From a virus, in the UHGV virus genome UHGV-1558343: DNA of 30,962 bases. One strand, given 5' to 3'. The notes under the pieces were generated by a model. The model was not told the origin of the DNA, made no database searches, and saw only the letters and a program-made list of their open reading frames with translations. The translations under genes and the position numbers were made by a program. Position 1 is the first letter of the stretch. The number at the start of each line of letters is the position of its first letter. Of the stretch, positions 9,541 through 16,064 are shown piece after piece.

Positions 9541-9556
9541 AGTGCTCTCCTAAAAT

Positions 9557-9634
9557 TGGTGTTCCAAGACGGATTCGAACCGTCACTAATACAAGGTTTG
9601 AGCTTGCATCCTCTGCCAATTGGGATACTGGAAC
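9557..9634 (-). tRNA. tRNA with anticodon CAA (Leu-type anticodon; short variable arm)
   Basis: acceptor GTTCCAG/TTGGAAC; anticodon stem GCAAG/CTTGT, loop CUCAAAC; T-loop TTCGAAT; A73; CCA encoded. Confidence 0.6.
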
Positions 9635-9635
9635 A

Positions 9636-9710
9636 TGGTACTCACTAAAGGACTTGAACCTTTTTCTTCATCTTGTAAGGGTGATGTTTTACCATATAAA
9701 CTAAGCGAGT
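9636..9710 (-). tRNA. tRNA-Val(UAC), tentative
   Basis: acceptor ACTCGCT/AGTGAGT; anticodon loop CUUACAA with one C-A mismatch in the stem; T-loop TTCAAGT. Confidence 0.6.
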
Positions 9711-9805
9711 GTGAAAGAGGTCTGAAGTTGTGCCGCTAACTCAACTCCGTGGAATTTGTTACGGTCTTCAGTTGACACCAGCGGTCTTTCACTTGACCTC
9801 TGAAT

Positions 9806-9882
9806 TGGTGCTGCTCACAGGACTCGAACCTGCATTTCCATCCTTACAAGGGATGTGTAATAGCCAATTATACGAAAGCAGC
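9806..9882 (-). tRNA. tRNA-Thr(UGU)
   Basis: anticodon stem CATCC/GGATG perfect, loop CUUGUAA; T-loop TTCGAGT; CCA encoded. Confidence 0.8.
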
Positions 9883-9888
9883 ATTATT

Positions 9889-9963
9889 TGGAACATCCAG
9901 AGGGAATCGAACCCTCAACCTCAGTTTGGAAGACTGTAATTTTCCCGTTTAAACTATGGATGC
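9889..9963 (-). tRNA. tRNA-Gly(UCC)
   Basis: anticodon loop CUUCCAA; T-arm GAGGG/TTCGATT/CCCTC; CCA encoded. Confidence 0.75.
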
Positions 9964-9969
9964 ACTAAT

Positions 9970-10045
9970 TGGTGGAGAAGCAGGGAATTGAACCCTGTAC
10001 TTAAGTTTGCAAAACTTATGTTTTAACCATGTAAACTACATCCCC
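9970..10045 (-). tRNA. tRNA-Ala(UGC)
   Basis: D-stem GTTT/AAAC; anticodon stem TAAGT/ACTTA, loop UUUGCAA; T-loop TTCAATT; CCA encoded. Confidence 0.75.
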
Positions 10046-10051
10046 AATGTT

Positions 10052-10127
10052 TGGTACAGGTGGAGGGAATTGAACCCGTCGTCTTACTGATTAAGAGTCA
10101 GCCGCATAACCATTTTGCTACACCTGC
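10052..10127 (-). tRNA. tRNA-Lys(CUU), tentative
   Basis: anticodon stem GCTGA/TCAGT (one GU), loop CUCUUAA; T-loop TTCAATT; CCA encoded. Confidence 0.6.
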
Positions 10128-10134
10128 ATTAATT

Positions 10135-10212
10135 TGGTAGGAGACAAGGGATTCGAACCCTCAAACATCTCGTTCTAAGCGAGATAGGTTTACCAATTAC
10201 CGTCAATCTCCC
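10135..10212 (-). tRNA. tRNA with anticodon UAG (Leu-type anticodon; short variable arm)
   Basis: anticodon stem TCTCG/CGAGA perfect, loop CUUAGAA; T-loop TTCGAAT; A73; CCA encoded; variable region only 5 nt. Confidence 0.6.
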
Positions 10213-10293
10213 ATTAAATCTTTTTAGAGAACTTCTAAGAACCTAAGCAACAAGGTTCCACAACAAGCTGTAATAACCTTAGAAGCCCTCTAA

Positions 10294-10313
10294 AAAGACC
10301 TAAAAAGGTCTTT
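10294..10313. other. AT-rich hairpin inside a 258-nt tRNA-free spacer
   Basis: AAAGACC-TAAAAA-GGTCTTT palindrome; spacer 10213-10470 has no T-loop motif but several other inverted repeats. Confidence 0.4.
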
Positions 10314-10470
10314 GCATAGTCTTGTTTAATCCGGTGACTAGAACCTTTGGAGAGCTTGATACTATCTCTTCTCCGTGACACCTACTAGGTGCTTTATAGT
10401 CGTGCCGTGTACGCCAATACACGAGTAAAAACCGAGCTTGTTAGACGAGCGCGGGAATTAAATCTTATTA

Positions 10471-10560
10471 GGCGGTAAGTAAAGGAGTCGAACCCTCACC
10501 GTATCTCTACAGTGGCAACTGTTTTCAAGACAGTTTGGCTACCATTAGCCGCTACCTACC
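10471..10560 (-). tRNA. tRNA-Ser(UGA), class II
   Basis: 90 nt; anticodon stem ACTGT/ACAGT, loop CUUGAAA; long variable arm; acceptor GGTAGGT/ACTTACC. Confidence 0.75.
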
Positions 10561-10573
10561 CCTAATAAGACTT

Positions 10574-10656
10574 TGGCATGGGACGGAGGAGTTGAACCCC
10601 TTTGAAACGGTGTTGGAAGCCGTTGCTCATGCCTTAGAGTCTTAACATCGTCCCAT
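10574..10656 (-). tRNA. tRNA-Trp(CCA) with enlarged D region
   Basis: perfect acceptor ATGGGAC/GTCCCAT; anticodon loop UUCCAAC; T-loop TTCAACT; about 27 nt between anticodon stem and acceptor where about 20 are expected. Confidence 0.6.
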
Positions 10657-10799
10657 ACTATAATTCGAAGCTTACTGTATTATCTCAACACTGTAAAGCC
10701 CCTTCTCAGATTATTTACATGTTCTGGAAAACATGAGATACAGACCACCTCCCTACAGGAAGACCCGCTAAGGTCGTCTAAGTAATCTGCTAACTAAAT

Positions 10800-10881
10800 T
10801 GGTCGAGGCGGCAGGACTCGAACCCGCATACTCCACTTACTCGGTTAACGGCTGTTTAGAAGACAGCTGAGATACGCCCCG
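10800..10881 (-). tRNA. atypical tRNA-like gene, anticodon UCU (Arg-type); no recognisable D-arm
   Basis: T-arm GCGGG/TTCGAGT/CCTGC; acceptor CGGGGCG/CGCCTCG; anticodon arm GCTGT-CUUCUAA-ACAGC; only 7 nt between acceptor and anticodon stem; 23 nt between anticodon stem and T-stem. Confidence 0.5.
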
Positions 10882-11128
10882 TAATTATCTTTAAAGACTC
10901 TCTTAGAAAGCCCTTAAAGATGCCCACCTTATTAATCATACCGTGGGCTAGTACGCCAAATTCTTTGATGAGGGATTGGAAGACCTCACTGGTGTTTAGC
11001 CTATCAAGCTACTGCCAGAAAAACATTGTCGTTTGCATTTATTTTAAATTTGCAAAATAGACGCTACGCAACGAAAACTAAGGTTACTATAAAGTAGTCA
11101 CATCTCAATGTCAACAACTTTTTGAAAT

Positions 11129-11204
11129 TGGTACTGTGAGAAGGATTTGAACCTTCTGCCTTTCGGTTATCAGCCGAATGCACATCCATATGTGCTTTCA
11201 CAGC
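11129..11204 (-). tRNA. tRNA-Ile(GAU)
   Basis: anticodon stem TTCGG/CCGAA perfect, loop CUGAUAA; T-loop TTCAAAT; CCA encoded. Confidence 0.8.
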
Positions 11205-11683
11205 ATTGTTACCCCTTCGTGTACTTCTCTGTGGCAATTTGCACAAAGCAAGACACACTTATCAACTTCAGACTGCATTGTAGCCAGTGAGTAGTGTTTT
11301 TTACTTACTGTGAAGTCTTTTGTCTTAGGGTCTAAGTGGTGAAACTCTAGAGCCTTTGTGCACCTATTGTAACCACAAATTGAACAACAACCACCCTTGT
11401 AATCAACTAAAGCCTTCTTCAGTCTGTCACGAGACTTTTTAACGTGCAGTGATTTGGCTTTGCTTTTTTCATGATGGGTCTTATGTTTTTTCATGACTCC
11501 ACCTGCAATACATTCGTCACAGTATTTTCTCGCTTTTGGCGTTACCTTTCCGCATGAATGGCAAGAGCCTTCCTGACTTCTCTTTGGGTGTTTCTTGTTG
11601 TTCACTTTTGCAGAACAAGAGCGTGAGCAAAATTTTCCACCTTTAACGGCTTCATTTCCGCAACCTTTGTTAGCACAAATCAT
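11198..11683 (-). CDS. HNH homing endonuclease
   Basis: multiple CxxC pairs plus FHHLDP and CANCHREVH motifs near C-terminus; ATG at 11681-11683 with AGGTGA SD; lies between tRNA genes. Confidence 0.85.
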   Translation of the reverse strand: MICANKGCGNEAVKGGKFCSRSCSAKVNNKKHPKRSQEGSCHSCGKVTPKARKYCDECIAGGVMKKHKTHHEKSKAKSLHVKKSRDRLKKALVDYKGGCCSICGYNRCTKALEFHHLDPKTKDFTVSKKHYSLATMQSEVDKCVLLCANCHREVHEGVTML

Positions 11684-11700
11684 AAGTATCACCTATAAAT

Positions 11701-11777
11701 TGGAGGTTCAGATGGGAATCGAACCCACATTCATAGGGCTTATGAGACCCTTGCATTACCTTATCTGCGACTGAACC
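11701..11777 (-). tRNA. tRNA-Met(CAU) (elongator Met, fMet or Ile-lysidine not distinguishable)
   Basis: acceptor GGTTCAG/CTGAACC perfect; anticodon loop CUCAUAA; T-loop TTCGATT; CCA encoded. Confidence 0.75.
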
Positions 11778-11781
11778 ATAT

Positions 11782-11857
11782 TGGTAGAAGTGGAGGGATT
11801 CGAACCCATCGCCTGTCAGATTAAAAGTCTGCCGCATCACCATTCTGCTACACTTCC
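11782..11857 (-). tRNA. tRNA-Lys(UUU)
   Basis: anticodon loop CUUUUAA; T-arm ATGGG/TTCGAAT/CCCTC; CCA encoded. Confidence 0.7.
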
Positions 11858-11863
11858 ATTAAA

Positions 11864-12001
11864 TTATCTTTGTAGATAAGCTACCCAGACTTGCTTAAGG
11901 TCTGTAGCGATGTGTCTTTTCGGGTTAAATCTAGAATCTACCCTTCCACCTTTGTGGTCGCATACTCACAGGTAAGCTTAATAACTTATCTACAAAGATA
12001 A
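11864..12001. repeat. perfect 17-bp inverted repeat flanking about 100 nt of hairpin-rich spacer
   Basis: TTATCTTTGTAGATAAG at 11864-11880 and its exact reverse complement CTTATCTACAAAGATAA at 11985-12001; each arm is itself palindromic. Confidence 0.7.
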
Positions 12002-12052
12002 TTACCAGACCGTTGTTTATCATCTTAAGTGCTACCATTACACCAACTCGAC

Positions 12053-12101
12053 ATCTGCCGAGTGAAGGAATCGAACCTTCGCCTTTTCTTTACCGGAGAA
12101 A
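12053..12101 (-). pseudogene. tRNA 3' fragment (T-arm plus anticodon arm, anticodon GGU Thr-type); 5' half missing
   Basis: T-arm GAAGG/TTCGATT/CCTTC and anticodon arm TTTCT-CCGGUAA-AGAAA present; no sequence downstream pairs with acceptor 3' strand ACTCGGC; no CCA. Confidence 0.45.
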
Positions 12102-12116
12102 TAGATTGTTTAAGTT

Positions 12117-12143
12117 TTGCTGTAAACGGTCTTCTGTAAATTT
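12117..12143. repeat. tRNA-spacer repeat copy 1 (TTGCTGTAAACGGTCTTCTGTAAATTT)
   Basis: 27-bp element identical to copy at 13048-13074; sits where the 5' half of the tRNA fragment would be. Confidence 0.75.
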
Positions 12144-12202
12144 GTTGAGCCAGACCAAGTTTTAAATTTTTCAAAATTAAATTGGCTTGAAATTTTAAGT
12201 AA

Positions 12203-12227
12203 CTTGCTGTATTTGGTCTTCTGCTCC
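12203..12227. repeat. tRNA-spacer repeat, degenerate copy
   Basis: CTTGCTGTATTTGGTCTTCTGCTCC shares the TTGCTGTA..GGTCTTCTG core. Confidence 0.55.
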
Positions 12228-12284
12228 TTTAAAGGATACTCGTAAGAACCCTTTAATGGAGGGGCTAAATAGCCCTCTCAAAAT

Positions 12285-12360
12285 TGGCGAGGTATGCGAG
12301 AATCGAACTCGCGGCTCAGGAGAGACAATCCCGTATTTTACCCGTCTAAACTAATACCCC
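12285..12360 (-). tRNA. tRNA-Asp(GUC)
   Basis: anticodon loop UUGUCUC; T-arm GCGAG/TTCGATT/CTCGC; acceptor GGGGTAT/ATACCTC; CCA encoded. Confidence 0.7.
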
Positions 12361-12364
12361 AAAT

Positions 12365-12793
12365 TCATGTACCATTTCTTAGATACTTCTTCCTACGTCT
12401 TTCTGGACTATAGTTTCTTCTACTCTCAGCATTCTTAGCCAGCCTACACTCATCGCATCTACAGCCTTTAAAATAGCTATACGCAGTTCCGTGTTTAATT
12501 GTTTTATGTTTTCTTTCACTTATCTGTGCTGGTCTTGCTGCTTTCATGTTACATTTAAGATGACTATAAGAAATATTATCTAGTGAAAAGAAAAGCTCTT
12601 TTGCATTCTCACTATGTCTCCACGGAATCTTATGCTCGATAGAGAAATCATCCCTAGTCATTTCTTTTCCGCACTGAAAACATCTATTTTGATTTGTCTT
12701 ACATATAAAATCGAATAGCAAATCTTTTACTAGTCTGTTTTGTGCAGTTCCCAAACTCATACCAAGTTGTGATTTGTATACTTCATCTCTCAT
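12365..12793 (-). CDS. HNH homing endonuclease
   Basis: CFQCG ... EHKIPW ... HLKCN motif set; C-terminal Cys/Arg-rich segment GCRCDECR; ORF track start overlaps tRNA-Tyr so internal ATG at 12791-12793 is proposed. Confidence 0.8.
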   Translation of the reverse strand: MRDEVYKSQLGMSLGTAQNRLVKDLLFDFICKTNQNRCFQCGKEMTRDDFSIEHKIPWRHSENAKELFFSLDNISYSHLKCNMKAARPAQISERKHKTIKHGTAYSYFKGCRCDECRLAKNAESRRNYSPERRRKKYLRNGT

Positions 12794-12815
12794 AACTAAG
12801 TATCTCGCTAAGTGT

Positions 12816-12903
12816 TGGTGTGCCGTGTAGGAGTCGAACCTACCGAGTCTCAATGACAAGGGATTTACAGTCCCCACCGCTACCATCTACGGGATAACGA
12901 CAC
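12816..12903 (-). tRNA. tRNA-Tyr(GUA), class II
   Basis: 88 nt; anticodon loop CUGUAAA; long variable region; acceptor GTGTCGT/ACGGCAC; CCA encoded. Confidence 0.75.
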
Positions 12904-12915
12904 ATTTCAATTTTG

Positions 12916-12989
12916 CGGTTAGTCAGGGATTCGAACCCTGTGCCATTCGCTTAACAGGCGACCGCACATACCTTATGTGCTTCCTAACC
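12916..12989 (-). tRNA. tRNA-Asn(GUU)
   Basis: D-arm GCAC-9nt-GTGC; anticodon loop CUGUUAA; T-loop TTCGAAT; CCA not encoded. Confidence 0.75.
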
Positions 12990-13047
12990 ATGTTTAGTAT
13001 TACCAGACCGTATCTTTCAATTTTTTCCGCTAAAAATTTAATAAATA

Positions 13048-13074
13048 TTGCTGTAAACGGTCTTCTGTAAATTT
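13048..13074. repeat. tRNA-spacer repeat copy 2 (TTGCTGTAAACGGTCTTCTGTAAATTT)
   Basis: exact 27-bp duplicate of 12117-12143; abuts the 3' end of the tRNA at 13074. Confidence 0.75.
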
Positions 13075-13150
13075 GGAGGCGGGTGCAGGAGTCGAACCTG
13101 CCGATACCATGCTAATGAGACATGTGAGACGCCCTTTCTCTATACCCGCA
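13074..13150 (-). tRNA. tRNA with anticodon CAU (Met or Ile-lysidine), tentative
   Basis: anticodon loop CUCAUUA; D-arm GAGA-7nt-TCTC; acceptor with 1:72 mismatch; CCA encoded. Confidence 0.6.
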
Positions 13151-13213
13151 ATTCTTAATGACCAGACCAAATCTCTTCTTTGTCCGATTTACCTTCAGAT
13201 GAATAAGATTAAG

Positions 13214-13240
13214 TTTGCTGTAATTGGTCTTCTGTCAAAA
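13214..13240. repeat. tRNA-spacer repeat, degenerate copy
   Basis: TTTGCTGTAATTGGTCTTCTGTCAAAA directly beside the 3' end of tRNA-Glu. Confidence 0.6.
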
Positions 13241-13241
13241 C

Positions 13242-13319
13242 TGGCGTTCCAGAAGGGATTTGAACCCTCAGATATCCACTTTGAAAGAGTGGTGACTATA
13301 CCATTTTGTCTACTGGAAC
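13242..13319 (-). tRNA. tRNA-Glu(UUC)
   Basis: perfect acceptor GTTCCAG/CTGGAAC; anticodon stem CCACT/AGTGG perfect, loop CUUUCAA; CCA encoded. Confidence 0.8.
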
Positions 13320-13326
13320 ATTAATT

Positions 13327-13403
13327 TGGTCTCTGTTGGAGGACTTGAACCTCCGGCCTTACCGCCCCAAACGGAACGCTCTACCAAGCTGAGCTAAACA
13401 GAG
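13327..13403 (-). tRNA. tRNA-Pro(UGG)
   Basis: classic D-arm GCTCAGCTTGGTAGAGC; anticodon loop UUUGGGG; T-loop TTCAAGT; perfect acceptor; CCA encoded. Confidence 0.8.
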
Positions 13404-13527
13404 ATAAACTTTTCAAACTCTATGTAACCACTTTAACATTATTTTTTAGTGGTTGTCAAGAACTTTTTTAAAATATTTTTCAGTATCTTAGAAAAGCTCT
13501 CATTTCGTTTCTATGTAGAACATATTA

Positions 13528-13557
13528 AAGGGTATCAAACACATTGTCAATACCCTT
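13528..13557 (-). terminator. hairpin just downstream of the vWA gene stop
   Basis: AAGGGTAT - 14 nt loop - ATACCCTT inverted repeat, 12 nt past the stop codon at 13569. Confidence 0.5.
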
Positions 13558-13568
13558 TTTAAAACTTT

Positions 13569-14984
13569 TTACCAGATGTAACGGTCAATCATTACTGCTT
13601 TGAGCATTACGCTGATTGGGTCAAACTTCTCACCACCAAGCAGAGCTTTTAAAGTGGCTGGAGAGAAACCAGATACCATTGCTACACCGTTATCCTTAAC
13701 AGATACTTCGCAAGTTCCATTACGGTTTGCTAAGTACCAAAATACTAGTTGTGGCATATCATATCCAGCTTTTTTGTACTTACTCTGAATTGCTTCAAAG
13801 TTTGTACGACCGTTAGCCCCATCAACCTGATTGAACTCCATATCGGAGAAGATGATAAGCTTACTTGGCATATCTTTCTGAGTCAAGTTGTTTCTTTTAC
13901 CTGTCTCAAGAATACGGTCAAAAGCCACTTGTAAGTTAGTTGAGCCATATTCAACGTTTCGCATCACCTGACGATGACGGTTTCGTAAATCACCACTCAG
14001 TTCGATGAAGTGAGGGTTTGTTGAATAAACCATCAACTCATTCTTAAAGCAACCTGTATTGCGTTCTGCTACATACAAGGCAAGTGATACACCAATATCA
14101 AGGGCGGTGATTGAGCCAAGATTCACCCAAGACATTGAGCTTGAAACATCAGTCATACACAAGATGTTTTCACCTTCTGCCATCCAGTTTGGTAGTGCTT
14201 TCCACTGCTCATTGGCAACATCTGCATTACCATGCTTAACAGATTTAATCACATCGTATGGGTAAACAGCACCAGCATTAATCTTAGCCTCACCCTTTGA
14301 TAAGGACTCAATGTAAGCTTTGTAGCGTTCTCCATCTTTACGGTTAAACAGTTTTTGGTAACGTGCAGCAGCAAGTGAAGGAATCTTACTGTAGTCAATC
14401 TTACCAAACTCATTAGCAGAGATTTTTTGCTCAACTGTATCAGATAGTGCAGACAACAGTGTGCGGTACTCTTTCTCGCTTAAGTTTGCAAACTTACAGA
14501 AACGTTTTACAAACTGTTTGTGGCGTGGTTTTACTCGTGGCAACCACTTAGCTGCTAAACCTGCTGTTGCAGGGTCTAGTAATGCTGCTTCTAAATGTTT
14601 GAAGGCATCTGTCTCGAAACGAGTACCTACGAAGATTTTGAAGTCATCAAAACGACCAAGTTCTGCAATCTTATCCATAATGCGAAGAACCTGTGTAGGC
14701 TCTAAAACTTTATCTTCAATCGCTTGAAGTAAAACAGTTCTGAAAGCTTTACGCTCACCCATACCTTCTCGTACATCTCGCATGTGAAGCAAAATACGAA
14801 CTGCAACATCAACATCCTCACGCAAAGCTTTGTAGAACAAGTCTGGTAAGATTTCTACATTGCTACGGCTGGAACCAGCAGCTTTGTAAAAGTCCACAAG
14901 AGCAGACATTGATGAAGTATGGTTTACAGCACCATTTTCAGTTCGACCTGCATGAAGGTGCGCATGTTTAAATAATTCGCTCAT
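13569..14984 (-). CDS. von Willebrand factor A (vWA) domain protein with MIDAS motif, DUF2828-like
   Basis: 471 aa; DVSSS (DxSxS) MIDAS motif in C-terminal half; N-terminal GRTENGA motif; largely helical N-terminal region; family assignment from memory. Confidence 0.65.
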   Translation of the reverse strand: MSELFKHAHLHAGRTENGAVNHTSSMSALVDFYKAAGSSRSNVEILPDLFYKALREDVDVAVRILLHMRDVREGMGERKAFRTVLLQAIEDKVLEPTQVLRIMDKIAELGRFDDFKIFVGTRFETDAFKHLEAALLDPATAGLAAKWLPRVKPRHKQFVKRFCKFANLSEKEYRTLLSALSDTVEQKISANEFGKIDYSKIPSLAAARYQKLFNRKDGERYKAYIESLSKGEAKINAGAVYPYDVIKSVKHGNADVANEQWKALPNWMAEGENILCMTDVSSSMSWVNLGSITALDIGVSLALYVAERNTGCFKNELMVYSTNPHFIELSGDLRNRHRQVMRNVEYGSTNLQVAFDRILETGKRNNLTQKDMPSKLIIFSDMEFNQVDGANGRTNFEAIQSKYKKAGYDMPQLVFWYLANRNGTCEVSVKDNGVAMVSGFSPATLKALLGGEKFDPISVMLKAVMIDRYIW

Positions 14985-15066
14985 ATTTTACTCTCTTCTC
15001 TCATTTTGTTTGTTGATGTGACAGACTTTAGAGCAACTTTGTAGAGTCTGTCAACACCTTTTAAAA

Positions 15067-15438
15067 TTATTTTTTGAGGGTTGCAACAGCAGAGAACGTT
15101 GGTTTGTTATCTGTCTGAGACTGACCCCCGTTATCAGGAGTCTTCTTAGTGTCTGCTGCAATTGCTTTCATCTCACCTGCTGAGTGGGTCATGATAGTTT
15201 TACCAGCTTCCATCATCGCCTTCAGGTTTACATCATCAGTCGTCAAACCGAACTCTGCAAGCTTAGCAGCGTCCCTTGTAACAATCGCTTCAAACAACTT
15301 TGCAGCAAACTCAGCAGAATTATCAATGGTCAGTTGAGCTTTTACGAGTGAGCTTTTGTTACGAGAGCCTTTTGGTCTTCCAGATGGGTTTCCAGATTGG
15401 CCTTTTTTAAACTGGCCTTTGTTTGTTCTGTTTTTCAT
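15067..15438 (-). CDS. hypothetical protein with N-terminal GNPSGRPKG basic motif (possible DNA-binding)
   Basis: 123 aa; N-terminus KGQFKKGQSGNPSGRPKGSRN; C-terminus Ala/Lys-rich. Confidence 0.5.
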   Translation of the reverse strand: MKNRTNKGQFKKGQSGNPSGRPKGSRNKSSLVKAQLTIDNSAEFAAKLFEAIVTRDAAKLAEFGLTTDDVNLKAMMEAGKTIMTHSAGEMKAIAADTKKTPDNGGQSQTDNKPTFSAVATLKK

Positions 15439-15486
15439 TGGTATGCCTCTTATAAGACCTCTTAAAAGGCTTTTAAGATAAAAGAT

Positions 15487-15506
15487 AGATATCCAGAAAG
15501 ATATCT
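15487..15506. promoter_or_regulatory. operator-like palindrome in divergent intergenic region
   Basis: AGATATC-CAGAAA-GATATCT, 7-bp arms with 6-bp spacer, between divergent minus and plus gene blocks. Confidence 0.35.
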
Positions 15507-15613
15507 GTTTAAATAGCCTTTTTAGAGGAACCTTTTAAGTTATCTTCTAAGTAGATATAAGCCTACACCTTGTCAAGTACTTTGTCAACAACTTTTTTAA
15601 CTTGCAATAGTTC

Positions 15614-15642
15614 TTGACTTGTTGTATGGATTACTGTACCAT
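15614..15642 (+). promoter_or_regulatory. candidate sigma70-like promoter for the plus-strand operon
   Basis: TTGACT - 17 bp - TACCAT upstream of the first plus-strand gene. Confidence 0.4.
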
Positions 15643-15687
15643 CTTACTTAAAGCTGTAGGTCTGCCTTGTTCTACAAAGGAGACTTA

Positions 15688-15849
15688 ATGAGAAAATCAA
15701 ATAAACCGAAGAAAGGTAAGAATACCAATCACTGTAAGGAATCAAAAAGGGTAGAGTTAATCTACTATTCATCCTCTGAAATTGGTCTGTACCTGTTCTT
15801 TCAAAATTACAGAAGACAAGAGGATTATCTATGTGTAGTTCCCAATTAG
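15688..15849 (+). CDS. hypothetical small basic protein
   Basis: ORF track 15667..15849; internal ATG at 15688 has AAGGAG SD so is the likelier start. Confidence 0.35.
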   Translation: MRKSNKPKKGKNTNHCKESKRVELIYYSSSEIGLYLFFQNYRRQEDYLCVVPN

Positions 15850-16064
15850 AAATCGCAGATATTATAGATTTATATCAAACTGCAAAGAGTCATGGCTATA
15901 TAACCTCAATTGGAAAGAATAGTCACTATGATGCTTTGACTGGAATGTATTTCAGGGCAATGGCTCAATCTAGTGAACAACACTTAATGGTTTCTTCCAG
16001 TGAGTTTACTTCGTTTCTCTATTGCAGCAAAATTATAAATCGCAGGAGAACTGAAAAATGTTAA
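15831..16064 (+). CDS. hypothetical protein
   Basis: 77 aa ORF, AGAGGA SD; overlaps next gene start. Confidence 0.5.
   Translation: MCSSQLEIADIIDLYQTAKSHGYITSIGKNSHYDALTGMYFRAMAQSSEQHLMVSSSEFTSFLYCSKIINRRRTEKC

Noticed and set aside
10574-10881. Group I intron inside tRNA-Trp or the UCU tRNA-like gene
   Set aside because: Extra sequence is only about 7-23 nt, far too short for a self-splicing intron; more likely enlarged loops or an atypical fold.
7312-13324. Track ORFs overlapping tRNA genes or spacers (7312..7539, 7507..7782, 8104..8349, 9054..9242, 9239..9427, 9730..9939, 11064..11258, 13073..13324)
   Set aside because: They run through or antisense to well-folded tRNAs or the terminator hairpin and lack start-site signals.
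13600-15337. Plus-strand and internal ORFs within the vWA gene and the 123-aa gene (13600..13788, 13749..13934, 14059..14265, 14249..14434, 14461..14727, 15149..15337)
   Set aside because: Antisense to, or nested within, longer ORFs with good start context; likely non-coding.
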